From the NCBI GenBank assembly GCA_002633005.1, contig NMRA01000013.1:1493219-1527689 (forward strand): a stretch of 34,471 nt of DNA. Direction: 5' to 3'. Shown piece by piece: positions 23,826 through 34,471 of the stretch. Origin of the DNA: Phoronis australis (lineage: Eukaryota; Animalia; Phoronida). The first letter of the stretch is position 1. Every line of letters begins with the position of its first letter. The notes beneath the pieces are model-generated. The model was not told where the DNA came from. It worked only from the letters and a program-made list of their open reading frames with translations, and searched no databases. The position numbers were made by a program, and so were the translations under genes.

Positions 23826-25772
23826 GTTTTGAAGGAATTCACGTCCTTGTGGGCACACATTTCTAAGTGGGGTATCCACTCTGCAAACAGAAAACCAGAG
23901 TCTGTGGTGATCATTTATATTCACAAACATCTAAAGGTTGTACCACATTCAGGCAATCAAAACCTATTGGAGACACAGAAACACATGTCTTGTTCCTCAC
24001 GTACCAGTTTCAATTGTTGGAAGTTGTGTAAAACTATTTTCTCAAAGAACATTAGGTGCTGCTTTGAAGAAGTAAACACAAAATAATTGGTATTCTATTG
24101 TTTCTGCCGAAAATCACTGAAGTGGCCCGCTACGGTGTTTGTGCGGACATCCTAATTGCAGAAAATCTTCAATTAACTGTGCTTGGTTCCCGATATGTTT
24201 GAGTAATTACAGTCACCAACTCACCTGAAAAACAAAAATGGAAATTGTGCAGAACGTACTAGAAAGGTCTTTTCATTGGTCTTACAGTGTGCAACTAACT
24301 TGAAAACGGTCTAAGTTAGTCGTAGCAGCAGATTTAAGACTCAAAATGGGCGATACATAGGCTGACAGGTGATTTCGAATTTCGTTTCACAAATTGCTAA
24401 TTTTAAGCAGGTGAACACTTTCACTAAATTTGAATAGTCTATGGGGAGATGCCAATGTGTCAAATCTTTTTCTACAATAAGACTGATTTATTGTCATGTA
24501 CTCCGCTCGCATATATAATGGAGGAAGTTGAACGAGAACAAATGTCAGAAACGGTTAACCTGGCTTGCCACATATGGAGTGGCGCTTTAATTCTCTTCTG
24601 CCAAGGCTTCTGTTGAATCTGCTGATTCCTTTTTCAGTCTGGGGATAATCTATAGTGCTTTTTTGATTTACGCATGATTTATACATGTGATCTTTTATAG
24701 TTCCTGTGGTTTCACTAAATTGTCACTAACAGTATTCCAATGGTTAAAGGGGATAGTCTGGATAACAAGAAAACTTGTACTTTCTTGTAAATAGCGAAAC
24801 ACATTATCATCGTTATTTTTTCTCTTGAACTCTGACAGAAGGCATTTCCAGAGGTTTAACATTACTAAATAAACCGTCTTAATGTCAAAAATTAGTTAGA
24901 CCGTCATAAATCACCTTGTCTTACTCATAGCTTGTTCCTCACTCATGAGAAGTAACTTGTAGGCATGGAAAGATCTGAATATTACTGCTTTAGGCAATGC
25001 TCCACAGTTAAATTATGGTAAAAATCCTACAGTTTGGAATAGTCTCTAAACTTTGGTTCACCCAAATTCAAGCTGGAATTGAATTTTCTTGATTTGGAAA
25101 ATTTGGACATGATTCATTTCGGGCTGGGCAATTCAGAATGAGTAGGGGATAACGAAATAATTGTCTTCTCAGGCAGGACTTTGTTAAGCTGTGTTTACTT
25201 ACACAGTCCAACTGGGACAATTCTATGACTAAGACCAGGGTTCACAAAGAACTACTTTCACTGACCTTGCATATCAATTTCAAAAGGCCATTTTGTATGT
25301 GAATGACATCCATGACTTTAAACCGTCTTGCAAAATTCTAAGCTACTTTGCCAACTAGTCCTCCATTCCAAGCCCAAAATGTTTGATTTTGGTGCTTATC
25401 ACACATCTCAAATATCGACACTCTGTTCTGTATCTACAAAAGTTTTTAGCTGGCAGCGCACTGCTCTTGCCACTGGCAAATTCACAAAGAGGTCCTTGTA
25501 GGTCTACTCTGTTGTCTGTTGAACATATCCTCCATTGGGATCTGTGGAAAGTGCTAACAAGCAAGCTCATGTTTTAGTAGTGGGTGCTTTTACTCCCATT
25601 TTTGGTTGCCAGCACATTTATTGAGGACCAATCTTGGTGAAATTACAGTAAACTGTCAAGTTCTTTTTATCCAAAGTGTTTTATTGATCCGTGTCACAAG
25701 AATTATGCAGAGAACTATTTGACTGTAAGAACCTGGAAAGAATTTGTAGGGATGTTTTTTTATATTGTTTAG

Positions 25773-25906
25773 GCCCAGCTTGAAGAACAGAGCAAGCTGG
25801 CACGTGAACAGAACGAAGCCATGATGGAGGATCGACGAGTCAAGATGGAGGAATATGACGCAGGACGTCAACGTGATAATGACAAAATATCCGTTCTTAT
25901 AGAAAA
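25773..25906 (+). CDS. CCDC77: CCDC77 exon (AQLEEQSKLAREQNEAMMEDRRVKMEE...KISVLIEK)
   Basis: AG/GTAAGT bounded, phases 0 and 2. Matches [22 protein letters not shown]. Confidence 0.92.
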
Positions 25907-26386
25907 GTAAGTTTTGAGATCGAGTGTGGTCACATGATCACACAATCAAACTTGTGACATCAGCAGGAAAGTCCAGGCAACAGTTTATGTTTCACTAAAG
26001 CTTAGGTTTTGTTCTTTTGTGGTGCAAGTCTTGTAGAGATGAAATTTTTAGTTGGCATTTTGTTTGCAATCCCCTTGATGACATAGACTCCTCGTCAGTG
26101 CATTTTGTCTCTTGGTATTCGCTGTATGTGAACAGAAATAACCCACCCCCAACTTGTTTTTCCCCATATGAGCCCACCTGCTCAGTGATGAACCCACCCC
26201 TCTAATTCTGCGTCAAGTCAAACTGACATCTTTTCTTTAGCGTGCCCTGTCAATGTGGAGCTCCATTGCAGTTAAGAAAACGCACGCCATGCAAAGCATG
26301 ATTCACATTCTAGGCCATCAGGTAGTGCTGATGGAGAACCTAGATAATATGCTGTAGTCTGACATGAATAATGCTTTTATTACCAG

Positions 26387-26606
26387 GTTACACAAGACAC
26401 AGGATCTACTCTACATGAGTACCCAAGATTACCTCAAAATGAAATATGACTGGAGGACGGACGAGCGAGGTTGGATGGTAGAGAAGGACCGTCTATTGCG
26501 TGAGCTGGACCTTTGTAAACAACAGTTGAACATGAGCAAGGATGAGGTATTGGATGTGTCCGCGGGTGCAATCGAGACAAGTGCCAAGATTAAGGAGGAG
26601 TGTGAG
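26387..26606 (+). CDS. CCDC77: CCDC77 exon (LHKTQDLLYMSTQDYLKMK...WMVEKDRLLREL...KEECE)
   Basis: AG/GT bounded, phases 2 and 0. Matches LHHTQELLYESTKDFL...WMLEKD. Confidence 0.92.
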
Positions 26607-27533
26607 GTATGGTAGGGGTCAATGGTCACGGTTCATACAGTAATACTGTGTTAAGATATGTCCGCAGTGCCTGTAATGTGTAGGTCAGTCTGCAGATCCC
26701 GATACTACTCACTTAGTGTTCATAGTTCATCAACAGAAACTTTTATGTACTATAGCATAGGGTAGAAATAAATTATGTACGTGATGATAGCTATCATTAT
26801 GTCTTGGTCATTTGAGGAACTGAAGTCGTTCGTCATGATTTTGAAACATTTGAGTCGATCGTTTTTTTCCGTATGAAGGTAAATACCTTTCAGTGTCATT
26901 CAGTTGAAACATTTGAGTCGATCGTTTTTTTCAGTTTGAAGGTAAATACCTTTCAGCGTCATTCAATTTAGGGGCTCTGAATAGTCTAGAGGTCTGTTAT
27001 ATTCAGTTTGATAATTCAAGCATTTGGATTAAGCAACTCTGCATTCCGTAGATCTCAGACATCGCTTATGCAACAGAAATGGTGAATTCTCGCCCATCTT
27101 TCCAACTTGACTGACCAATCGTTTCTGTGACTGCCATTTTGCTAGAATATGCTTGTTAAGGGTTCCCAGCACAATCTGGAAAAACTCATGCTTTTGCTTA
27201 ATCTTGCATGGTGCAAGATTCTCGTGTCTATGGAACACACCTAAGCCTTGAAAAAAGCAAAAGCTCAGAACTAAACCAGAGTTTTCATCTCTTCCGTACC
27301 TCTGTATGAAGCTTGTGAAACGGGAAACTTTCAGACCTAAGAATCCATGAACTGGTTTTATCGAAGGTTGTACACCCAGTCATAGCTTAATCAGTTGTAT
27401 CTTCACATTCAGTCCCAATTCATTAAAAATAGGCATTTGGTATGAGTGTTCGACATTTCATAAAGTGGGCCTCTGGAGACTGCTGAATGAAGATTGATTT
27501 GCACTCTTGTAAAATTTGTGATTATTTTAACAG

Positions 27534-27659
27534 TGCCTCAGGAACGAACTTGAGCAAGCCCAGAAGATGTGCGATATGTACCGCGAGCAGGTGATTGAGT
27601 TGGAGGGTGAACTGTCAAAGGTCAAGGAGGAGGAGGATGTCAGTAGAGTTGTCTTCCAG
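27534..27659 (+). CDS. CCDC77: CCDC77 exon, copy 1 (CLRNELEQAQKMCDMYREQVIELEGELSKVKEEEDVSRVVFQ)
   Basis: 126 nt, phases 0 and 0, AG/GT bounded. Matches MYQEQCISLEEELARIREE. Confidence 0.85.
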
Positions 27660-28566
27660 GTCAGNCTAATGACACAAAATAATCATGGATTTGGCTTAAT
27701 TTTATGTCATACATTTAGTCTGTGGCCACCGGTAATTCGAAATGTGCAAAAATCCATGGTGTGTACTGTTTAAGATATGTCCGCAGTGCCTGTAATGTGT
27801 AGGTCAGTCTGCAGATCCCGATACTACTCACTTAGTGTTCATAGTTCATCAACAGAAACTTTTATGCACTATAGCATAGGGTAGAAATAAATTATGTACG
27901 TGATGATAGCTATCATTATGTCTTGGTCATTTGAGGAACTGAAGTCGTTCGTCATGATTTTGAAACATTTGAGTCGATCGGGTTTTTTTTCAGTTTGAAG
28001 GTAGATACCTTTCAGTGTCATTCAGTTTAGGGGCCCTGATTAGTCTAGAGGTCTGTTGTATTCAAGCATTTGGATTAAGCAACTCTGCGACATCGCTTAT
28101 GCAACAGAAACGGTGAATTCTCGCCCATCTTTCCAACTTGATTGGCCAATCGTTTCTGTGACTGCCATTTTGCTAGAATATGCTTGTTAAGGGTTCCCAG
28201 CACAATCTGGAAAAACTCGTGATTTTGCTTAATCTTGCATTTTGCAAGATTCTCGTGTCTATGGAACACACCCTTGAGCCTTGAAAAAAGCAAAAGCTCA
28301 GAACTAAGCCAGAGTTTTCATCTCTTCCGTACCTCTGTATGAAGCTTGTGAAACGGGAAACTTTCAGACCTAAGAATCCGTGAACTGGTTTTATCGAAGG
28401 TTGTACACCCAGTCATAGCTTAATCAGTTGTATCTTCACATTCAGTCCCAATTCATTAAAAATAGGCATTTGGTATGAGTGTTCGACATTTCATAAAGTG
28501 GGCCTCTGGAGACTGCTGAATGAAGATTGATTTGCACTCTTGTAAAATTTGTGATTATTTTAACAG

Positions 28567-28692
28567 TGCCTCAGGAATGAACTTGAGCAAGCCCAGAAGA
28601 TGTGCGATATGTACCGCGAGCAGGTGATTGAGTTGGAGGGTGAACTGTCAAAGGTCAAGGAGGAGGAGGATGTCAGTAGAGTTGTCTTCCAG
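28567..28692 (+). CDS. CCDC77: CCDC77 exon, copy 2 (same peptide; probable allelic duplicate)
   Basis: Identical to 27534-27659 except for a synonymous AAC/AAT change. Confidence 0.85.
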
Positions 28693-29170
28693 GTCAGTAT
28701 TGTTGGCCTTGATTGGTGGATATGGTTGTCAAGGTTTTGAGTGACTGGCTTGTTTTGGAGTAAGATGGATTTCACCTCTGAATCAGTGGATCATTGTAGT
28801 TTAATATATAAGCTGTCTATGTTTTCTGTTCTCGTGTATGTGCAAAAAGCATGGTACGTGCTTGTCATAGAGTGAAGTACCTAGAAAACATACAACGTCA
28901 AGAATAGTTTCCGTGCGTGGAAAAGTCATAGACATTGAGAACTGTCCTGGAAAATTTCACAAGGTTTTTAAAAATATTCATTTTGTGAGTTACATCCCGA
29001 GTTCCATACATTCAATTATGCTGCCAACAACCAAAAAAGTCTCTTCACATTTACTTTATGTGGACAAAATATTTCAGGGAAAATTAAAAAGCTTGTGACT
29101 GAGAAACTAGTGGAACATGATGATCAGGAGGAACAATGTTGTGTCTTGGAAAACTCATGAAAAGTAGTAT

Positions 29171-29297
29171 GATGCAGCTTTGATCAGACAGATATGGTCC
29201 TGTCCCATATGTAAGAGAGTTGAAGTCTGTGTCCTCTCTCTCAAATATGGGACTGGACAATGACTGTTCTACCTCTTTGTCTGATCAAAGCTCCATC
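29171..29297. mobile_element. Palindromic MITE-like hairpin, 127 bp
   Basis: Outer arms GATGCAGCTTTGATCAGACA / TGTCTGATCAAAGCTCCATC (19/20) and inner arms GTCCTGTCCCATAT / ATATGGGACTGGAC (13/14). TAT on both flanks. Confidence 0.7.
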
Positions 29298-29419
29298 TAT
29301 AGGTCAAAACATAACTAGCCAAGCTGAAGTGTGTGAGATGCTTATGTAACATTGCTAACATGAGTTCATTAGTTGCTGTATTTGATTCAATCCCTTTTCT
29401 ACAACAGCTTGAGGCATGA

Positions 29420-29629
<210 letters not shown>

Positions 29630-29846
29630 TAGTCTTTGAGATTATAGTGCCTTAATGTTGAGTGGTCACTACATTGTAACCACATAGTGTCTCCATCTAG
29701 TGTTCAATCTTGTAACTGAAGAAGTAACTCCATTGTAACTCATGCGATAAGTTGATGCATTTCGTTTGTTATAGTCCACTCACTGTTACGAAGTCGGTCT
29801 CATGTTGTACGTTAATAAAATAAAAACAATAGCAGATTTAAACTGG

Positions 29847-29888
29847 CTTGACATGTTTCGGCATTTATTGAAACACCATCATCAGAAG
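29847..29888 (-). ncRNA. Minimal type I hammerhead ribozyme motif (Penelope-like element type)
   Basis: The minus strand reads CUU-CUGAUGA-U-GGUGUUU-CAAU-AAAUGCC-GAAA-CAU-GUC-AAG: both core boxes, a 7-bp stem II, a palindromic ACAUGU stem III, a GUC triplet and a 3-bp stem I. Confidence 0.7.
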
Positions 29889-30481
29889 AAAAAAACAGTG
29901 GCCACCTTGGTAGGCCCATTAAGTAATGAAACACAGACACAGTCAGTTACAGGGAATAACAATAGACTAGGCTAACAATGACAACCTGTGGTGTGCATGG
30001 AGATCTCAGCTTGTACCTTAGCCAGATAGGAGATTTCAGGGATTCGAGTTCACCTACAGTTTGTTATTGCTTGAGATGAGAGTCTACAAGGTGTCTCATC
30101 GTGACGTGTCATTTCATGCACCAAGCATGGTTTCAGGTGATGACGAACTGTCATTTCTTTATAAACTCCACAATAACTTTTCATCTTTTGGCAAGGAACA
30201 CATTGGGACCATTTTTACAGCAGTAGGTGGTCTAAATCAAAGTTTGCATCTTGGATCGAACGTCATTGCCTGAATTTGGATATAGGAAATTCTAGCTTAT
30301 TGTGTCTTCCAATTTCTTCTTACGTTGTGTTGTAATGCTTTATTCAGGACTCTTGATCTTAATTGAGTAGTGTCTGTTTGAACAAGCTAAATTTTTCTGA
30401 GCTATACCATATAACTTGCACCCTTTGTTTTGTTTTGTTGACGATGTTTGTCTCAGCATAACTTGCTATTCTCCATTTTAG

Positions 30482-30658
30482 GTCACAATTGGCTTTGCGG
30501 AGAAGGACGATGATGTCACCGTTGCCCCAGATGAGATCGACATGGCGATACTGAGAAATGTGAACAGGACGTCAAGAAAGGCGCGTGGAATTCAGGGTGA
30601 TCTGAAGAATCTGAAGACAAAAATCTACAGTCTGGAGAATGAACTAAGACATTTGTGA
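30482..30658 (+). CDS. CCDC77: CCDC77 terminal coding exon (VTIGFAEK...IQGDLKNLKTKIYSLENELRHL*)
   Basis: TTTTAG acceptor and TGA at 30656-30658. Matches the C-terminus [20 protein letters not shown]. Confidence 0.95.
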   Translation, partial: VTIGFAEKDDDVTVAPDEIDMAILRNVNRTSRKARGIQGDLKNLKTKIYSLENELRHL

Positions 30659-31719
30659 TCCATGTGGTGGAATCGTAATGCCTGGGGAACAAACTTAGAT
30701 ATTTGTGAATGACATGCTTGACTTGTGATGTCCGGAGATTAAACTAAGGTGTTCACAATCCACGAGATAGAAACGTGATGTCTGGAGAATGAGCTTGTGA
30801 TCCACGTGATGAATACATTATGCAAATTCTTTGTACAGACATATGCACATGTGCGCTGAATGTTACAAGCATCCGTCATAGGGTGTACAAGTCTTGTTTT
30901 CTGGCCTCCTGGTAAATCATCATTGTGGTGTGTACTCCACCGGCACCTCAAGGCATTTGTAATGCTCTTTGCCTAAAACAATTTTGTTTCTCAGTGATTC
31001 AAGGCTACGTTTATTAACGCTGAGTCCGCAATCGTGGCTGGAAGAGATTCAGGTGCAAGGTCATAGCTCACACCATGTTGTTATTTTCAGCACTGTATTA
31101 TGGGTAAAGACGAATAGTGTTGAATTTTATTTTCTTCAGATAGCAATATTGTTACTTATTGAAAGCAAAAATTATCTCACCATCCAAATTGAGGAAACTT
31201 GTTTTTCTTAGATTTTCTGTTTCGGAAGGTTAGAGATCATTCTCCAACGTGCATGTTACTGATTCTGAAGATACTGTTGCATGTTGTTGACCTAATTGTA
31301 AAAGAAGGTCATACACAGGGGGAGCTGCAGGGATGCACAGTTGTTCATGTTGTATTGTCTCAGTTCCCATAATGAAAGCTCTCCACTTTCATGGAGTTTC
31401 AGAGTCCTTTTCTGATTAAGGTCTATTCTATTATGTGAGGATATCTTGCATGGCATGGAAATAGGAATTCTTTTCTATGTGAATTTTCTGGTTCGTGTTT
31501 AATATATTGCAATACTTTGTCATGGGGACAACACATACATGTAGCTGTCTAGTAATTAAACCATGATCCCCAGCAACTGCATATTTTTGTGGTCATTGAC
31601 GTAAACATAAAATATTGAACTCAGACTTTTGTAAATAGATTTTTATATATTTTTAATCTTGAAAGGTTTGAGAAATAATGAGACAGAATTTTTTATGTAA
31701 ATATACAAATGATATTCTT

Positions 31720-31750
31720 ATTAAATACTTGTTTGTTTTGTGTTCTCTTG
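31720..31750 (+). terminator. Candidate CCDC77 polyadenylation signal
   Basis: ATTAAA at 31720-31725, preceded by TGTA elements and followed by a GT/T-rich tract. Confidence 0.45.
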
Positions 31751-32574
31751 TCCTGAAATGAAAAGGTATGGAAAAACAAAATAGGATTGAAATTATATTG
31801 AGCACCATTTCCGATGGTCAGTAATGGCTCACGGCAACTGTAAGATAAGTTCACAAAAAACATCCTTTCATAGCTAAAAATAGCTCCATTAGGACTACAG
31901 TATAACCATAGAAAAGATTTTTTTAAATTTCATTATTGGATAATTTGATTTTGTTGTGATGTCACAAAATCAAAACATACTTGCCATTAAGTGAAATGGA
32001 ATGTCCCACGTTTCTAGACATTGTTGAAAGAGAGCTCCCATCTCAGAATGAAAAAAGTCTGTCGAGATGGATTTTAAACATCAGTTACTTCAACTAGTTG
32101 TGACTGTCATTCTCTTGGCTTTTTACAAAATATGTTTTTGAATGTGGCATTATAATGATGGAGATGAAATAATTTTGAATGATGTTGTCAAAATAAATTT
32201 CATTTATAATTTATATTTACTCATGCCTCATGGCATGTTTTGGAATGTTGATGTAGGCAAAAATTTGAAAATAGCANNNNNNNNNNNNNNNNNNNNNNNN
32301 NNNNNNNNNNNNNNNNNNNNNNNNNCTGAAGTCTGCCCCCGCACCAGCATAGCACGAGTGTTGTCAGCCAGGGAAATTTGATGGAAGAGGCACCCCGAAG
32401 TTTTGTTTATTATTTTGCCAGGAAAGGCATCCTTTCAACTGAAAATTTGGTATGAAAATGTCACGCTTCTGTATTACACTATGGGAGTTTCCCCCACCCC
32501 TGGGTTGTCTTCTTTGGCACTTAAGGTGAACACTCCCATAGGCCAGTTCTTGCACAATTGAATTAATGATACAT

Positions 32575-33080
32575 ATGGAATCGCGCGTAATTTTCTTTTA
32601 TTATCGCGATTATCTTGGACTAAGCTTTTTATGCTCAATCACAAATGTGGAGCGACTAAAATAGTTTTAATGGTGCGCGCGTCTCTCGCGCCCTCTAACT
32701 GGGGTTTCCGGTTTTTGAGAGGGACGTTATTGCCTTGGCACATTATAAACACTTTCCAAAGGGTGCACGATGTTTGCGAGGAAAATTTGCACAGTTGTGA
32801 AAAAGTACTGTTGTGTTTCGCATGGAATTCGAACATTTGGTAAACTAATTGCTTTTTTCTAGCATACATTAGAAACCTGTTGAAATTTAGTCAAGACTGT
32901 TTGAAATGTTTTTTCGAGTGGTCATTGCGTGGTCGGCAAAAACCTTCAAGGTTTACCTACTTACTACTAGTGACACGTAACCTGTCTGTAAACAAGTTCT
33001 TTAACTGGGTTTAACATGCCCTTGTGACTTGATACCGATAGCCAGTGTGCATTAATTGTGTAGCGTTTCCGGTTTCATCC
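32575..33080 (+). promoter_or_regulatory. Candidate promoter of the SUGCT-like gene
   Basis: Local CGCG cluster (TCGCGCG, TCGCGA, TCTCGCG) and two TTCCGGT ETS-like motifs upstream of the first exons. Confidence 0.35.
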
Positions 33081-33160
33081 TATTTCTACATGAAATGAAC
33101 TTCACGGACACCCTTACTCAAGTTAGTCTTCAAGTCAAAGTTTGGACATGCAAATAGGTA

Positions 33161-33245
33161 ATGGCTACAGGGAACCAGTTTTCACTGAATAACGGACATT
33201 GTTGTTACTCTGTGAAAACTGGTTTCATGCAACCATTTTCAAGAG
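33161..33245 (+). CDS. Candidate first exon of the SUGCT-like gene (MATGNQFSLNNGHCCYSVKTGFMQPFSR)
   Basis: ATGG start and a phase-1 donor AGAG|GTACCC compatible with exon 33840. The donor is weak and there is no homology support. Confidence 0.3.
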
Positions 33246-33839
33246 GTACCCGTTTACTCCACTTTTACCGATTGTCCTTTGTTCATTACACATCCAATAT
33301 TAGGCAATGTATCATCTTTGGATACCACGAAACTGTTCTATTAATTTACTTTTTGATTGATAAAATAAATTATACTCTAAATAATATATATGGAAACATT
33401 CACCATGTGAATAATAGATTGGAATGGACAAAATACATTGTAACGACTGCAGTACCCCCTTAATTTCAGTTTCATGTCCTAAATATATGTAAATTATACA
33501 TCACTAAAAAGTAATTGTGACCTTGGCCAGAAGAAATCATGGTCGTCAACCATCTAGTGTTAGCATGAGCTCAAGTAAATTGCACTGGTAGTAGGAATAG
33601 ACAGCAACAGAGTTTAAGGTTAGCGACTTTTACCAGGATAATCTTACCAAATTTAATTTATTCTTAGTGCAGAATAGATCACACTCCCTCTTGGTGGTCT
33701 TGTAAAGGATTGTATTTAGGTTCTGTAACAAATTACAAAAGTACCTCTGAGCTCAATTTCCCAAGCAACAAATTGTGACTTACCAGTCCATTGACTATTA
33801 TTAGACTATTTACATTATCAAGCTACTCCATATCTTCAG

Positions 33840-33906
33840 TAACAACATGCTTGGGCCGTCAGCAAGAAGCACCCTTGGAAGGCATCCGGGTTCTAGACTT
33901 GACAAG
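33840..33906 (+). CDS. SUGCT: Exon of a CoA-transferase family III (CaiB/BaiF) gene, most like succinate-hydroxymethylglutarate CoA-transferase; the gene continues beyond the window
   Basis: TCTTCAG acceptor and AAG|GTGAGT donor. Encodes TTCLGRQQEAPLEGIRVLDLTR, the family N-terminal signature (recalled human SUGCT PLEGVKILDLTR). Confidence 0.8.
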
Positions 33907-34471
33907 GTGAGTCAATATTTATGATGCAAGCCTGAGCAGATGAACCATCATTGTTCTATTTCATGAAAAGCGTGTTTAGCCAAGTAATTATGAGTGCATC
34001 ATTATCTAGAACTAATTTATAGAAGTTATCTCAGTAACTTGCTCTTTTTTCAAAGGCTGCATTTTTGCGCAAGTGTGATTTATTGTTGTTTCTGAAATAG
34101 TTGTGTCTTAAATCATTTTCCATAAAACAGACCCTTAGTTAGAGATCCTACACTTAGTGATCATCTTGTGTTATTGAGCGGGAATTTTAGTCATCAGATG
34201 GATGACGCAGTCAGTGTACTGAACCTTGTTAACATGCTATGAACATTCCCACTAAATAAGATTGGTCCTAACCCCAGTGGTTAAGGTAAGCGGTGGGGTA
34301 TGGAAAATTGAACTAGACCGTATTTATCCACCTTGGCTGAGTCGCACTCGGCTCACGATCAAAGGGATGCCGCCAAGCTGCTCTAGTCATCGAGTCACGA
34401 GCGAGGATAATTGGCTTCGCTCATGCGGATATGATCAGCTGATTACAATCTAGCTAGCAGACTGTACTTTT

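Larger units (their letters stand above)
26651..28697 (+). repeat. Near-identical direct duplication 26651-27664 / 27770-28697 across a single N, including one coding exon
   Basis: Copies differ by SNPs and indels, including a tandem of about 60 bp at 26840-26970 that is single in copy 2. Copy 1 ends at N27665. Confidence 0.95.

Noticed and set aside
34255-34450. GC-richer segment with short hairpins (GAGTCGCACTC; GAGCGAGG..CTTCGCTC) as an ncRNA or SUGCT exon
   Set aside because: It does not encode the expected VLAGP continuation and matches no RNA motif I know; probably a repeat fragment.

Overview
This is eukaryotic (animal) genomic DNA, AT-rich and repeat-dense, from a draft assembly with N gaps. 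The repeat types suggest a marine invertebrate, but that is inference. Most ORFs in the track are spurious. The main gene is a multi-exon CCDC77 orthologue on the + strand (coding exons about 17.6-30.7 kb). One expected CCDC77 exon is missing, probably lost in the 20802-20898 gap, and another is present twice. Downstream lies the start of a family III CoA-transferase gene (SUGCT-like, PLEGIRVLDLTR exon at 33840-33906). The first 16 kb is a mosaic of transposon remnants: a TTAA-flanked Kolobok-type element with a frameshifted KolX/P2X7-ballast-like first exon, a hAT element with a decayed TTF zinc finger, a 5'-truncated CR1/L2-group LINE, pogo-like ends and an inverted pair of satellite-like arrays. 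A Penelope-type minimal hammerhead ribozyme motif lies antisense in the last CCDC77 intron. Three near-identical duplications of about 0.8-1.1 kb each end at an N and have a repeat or transposon boundary at the other junction, so they most likely represent unmerged haplotypes. All family assignments come from motif recall; no database search was run.
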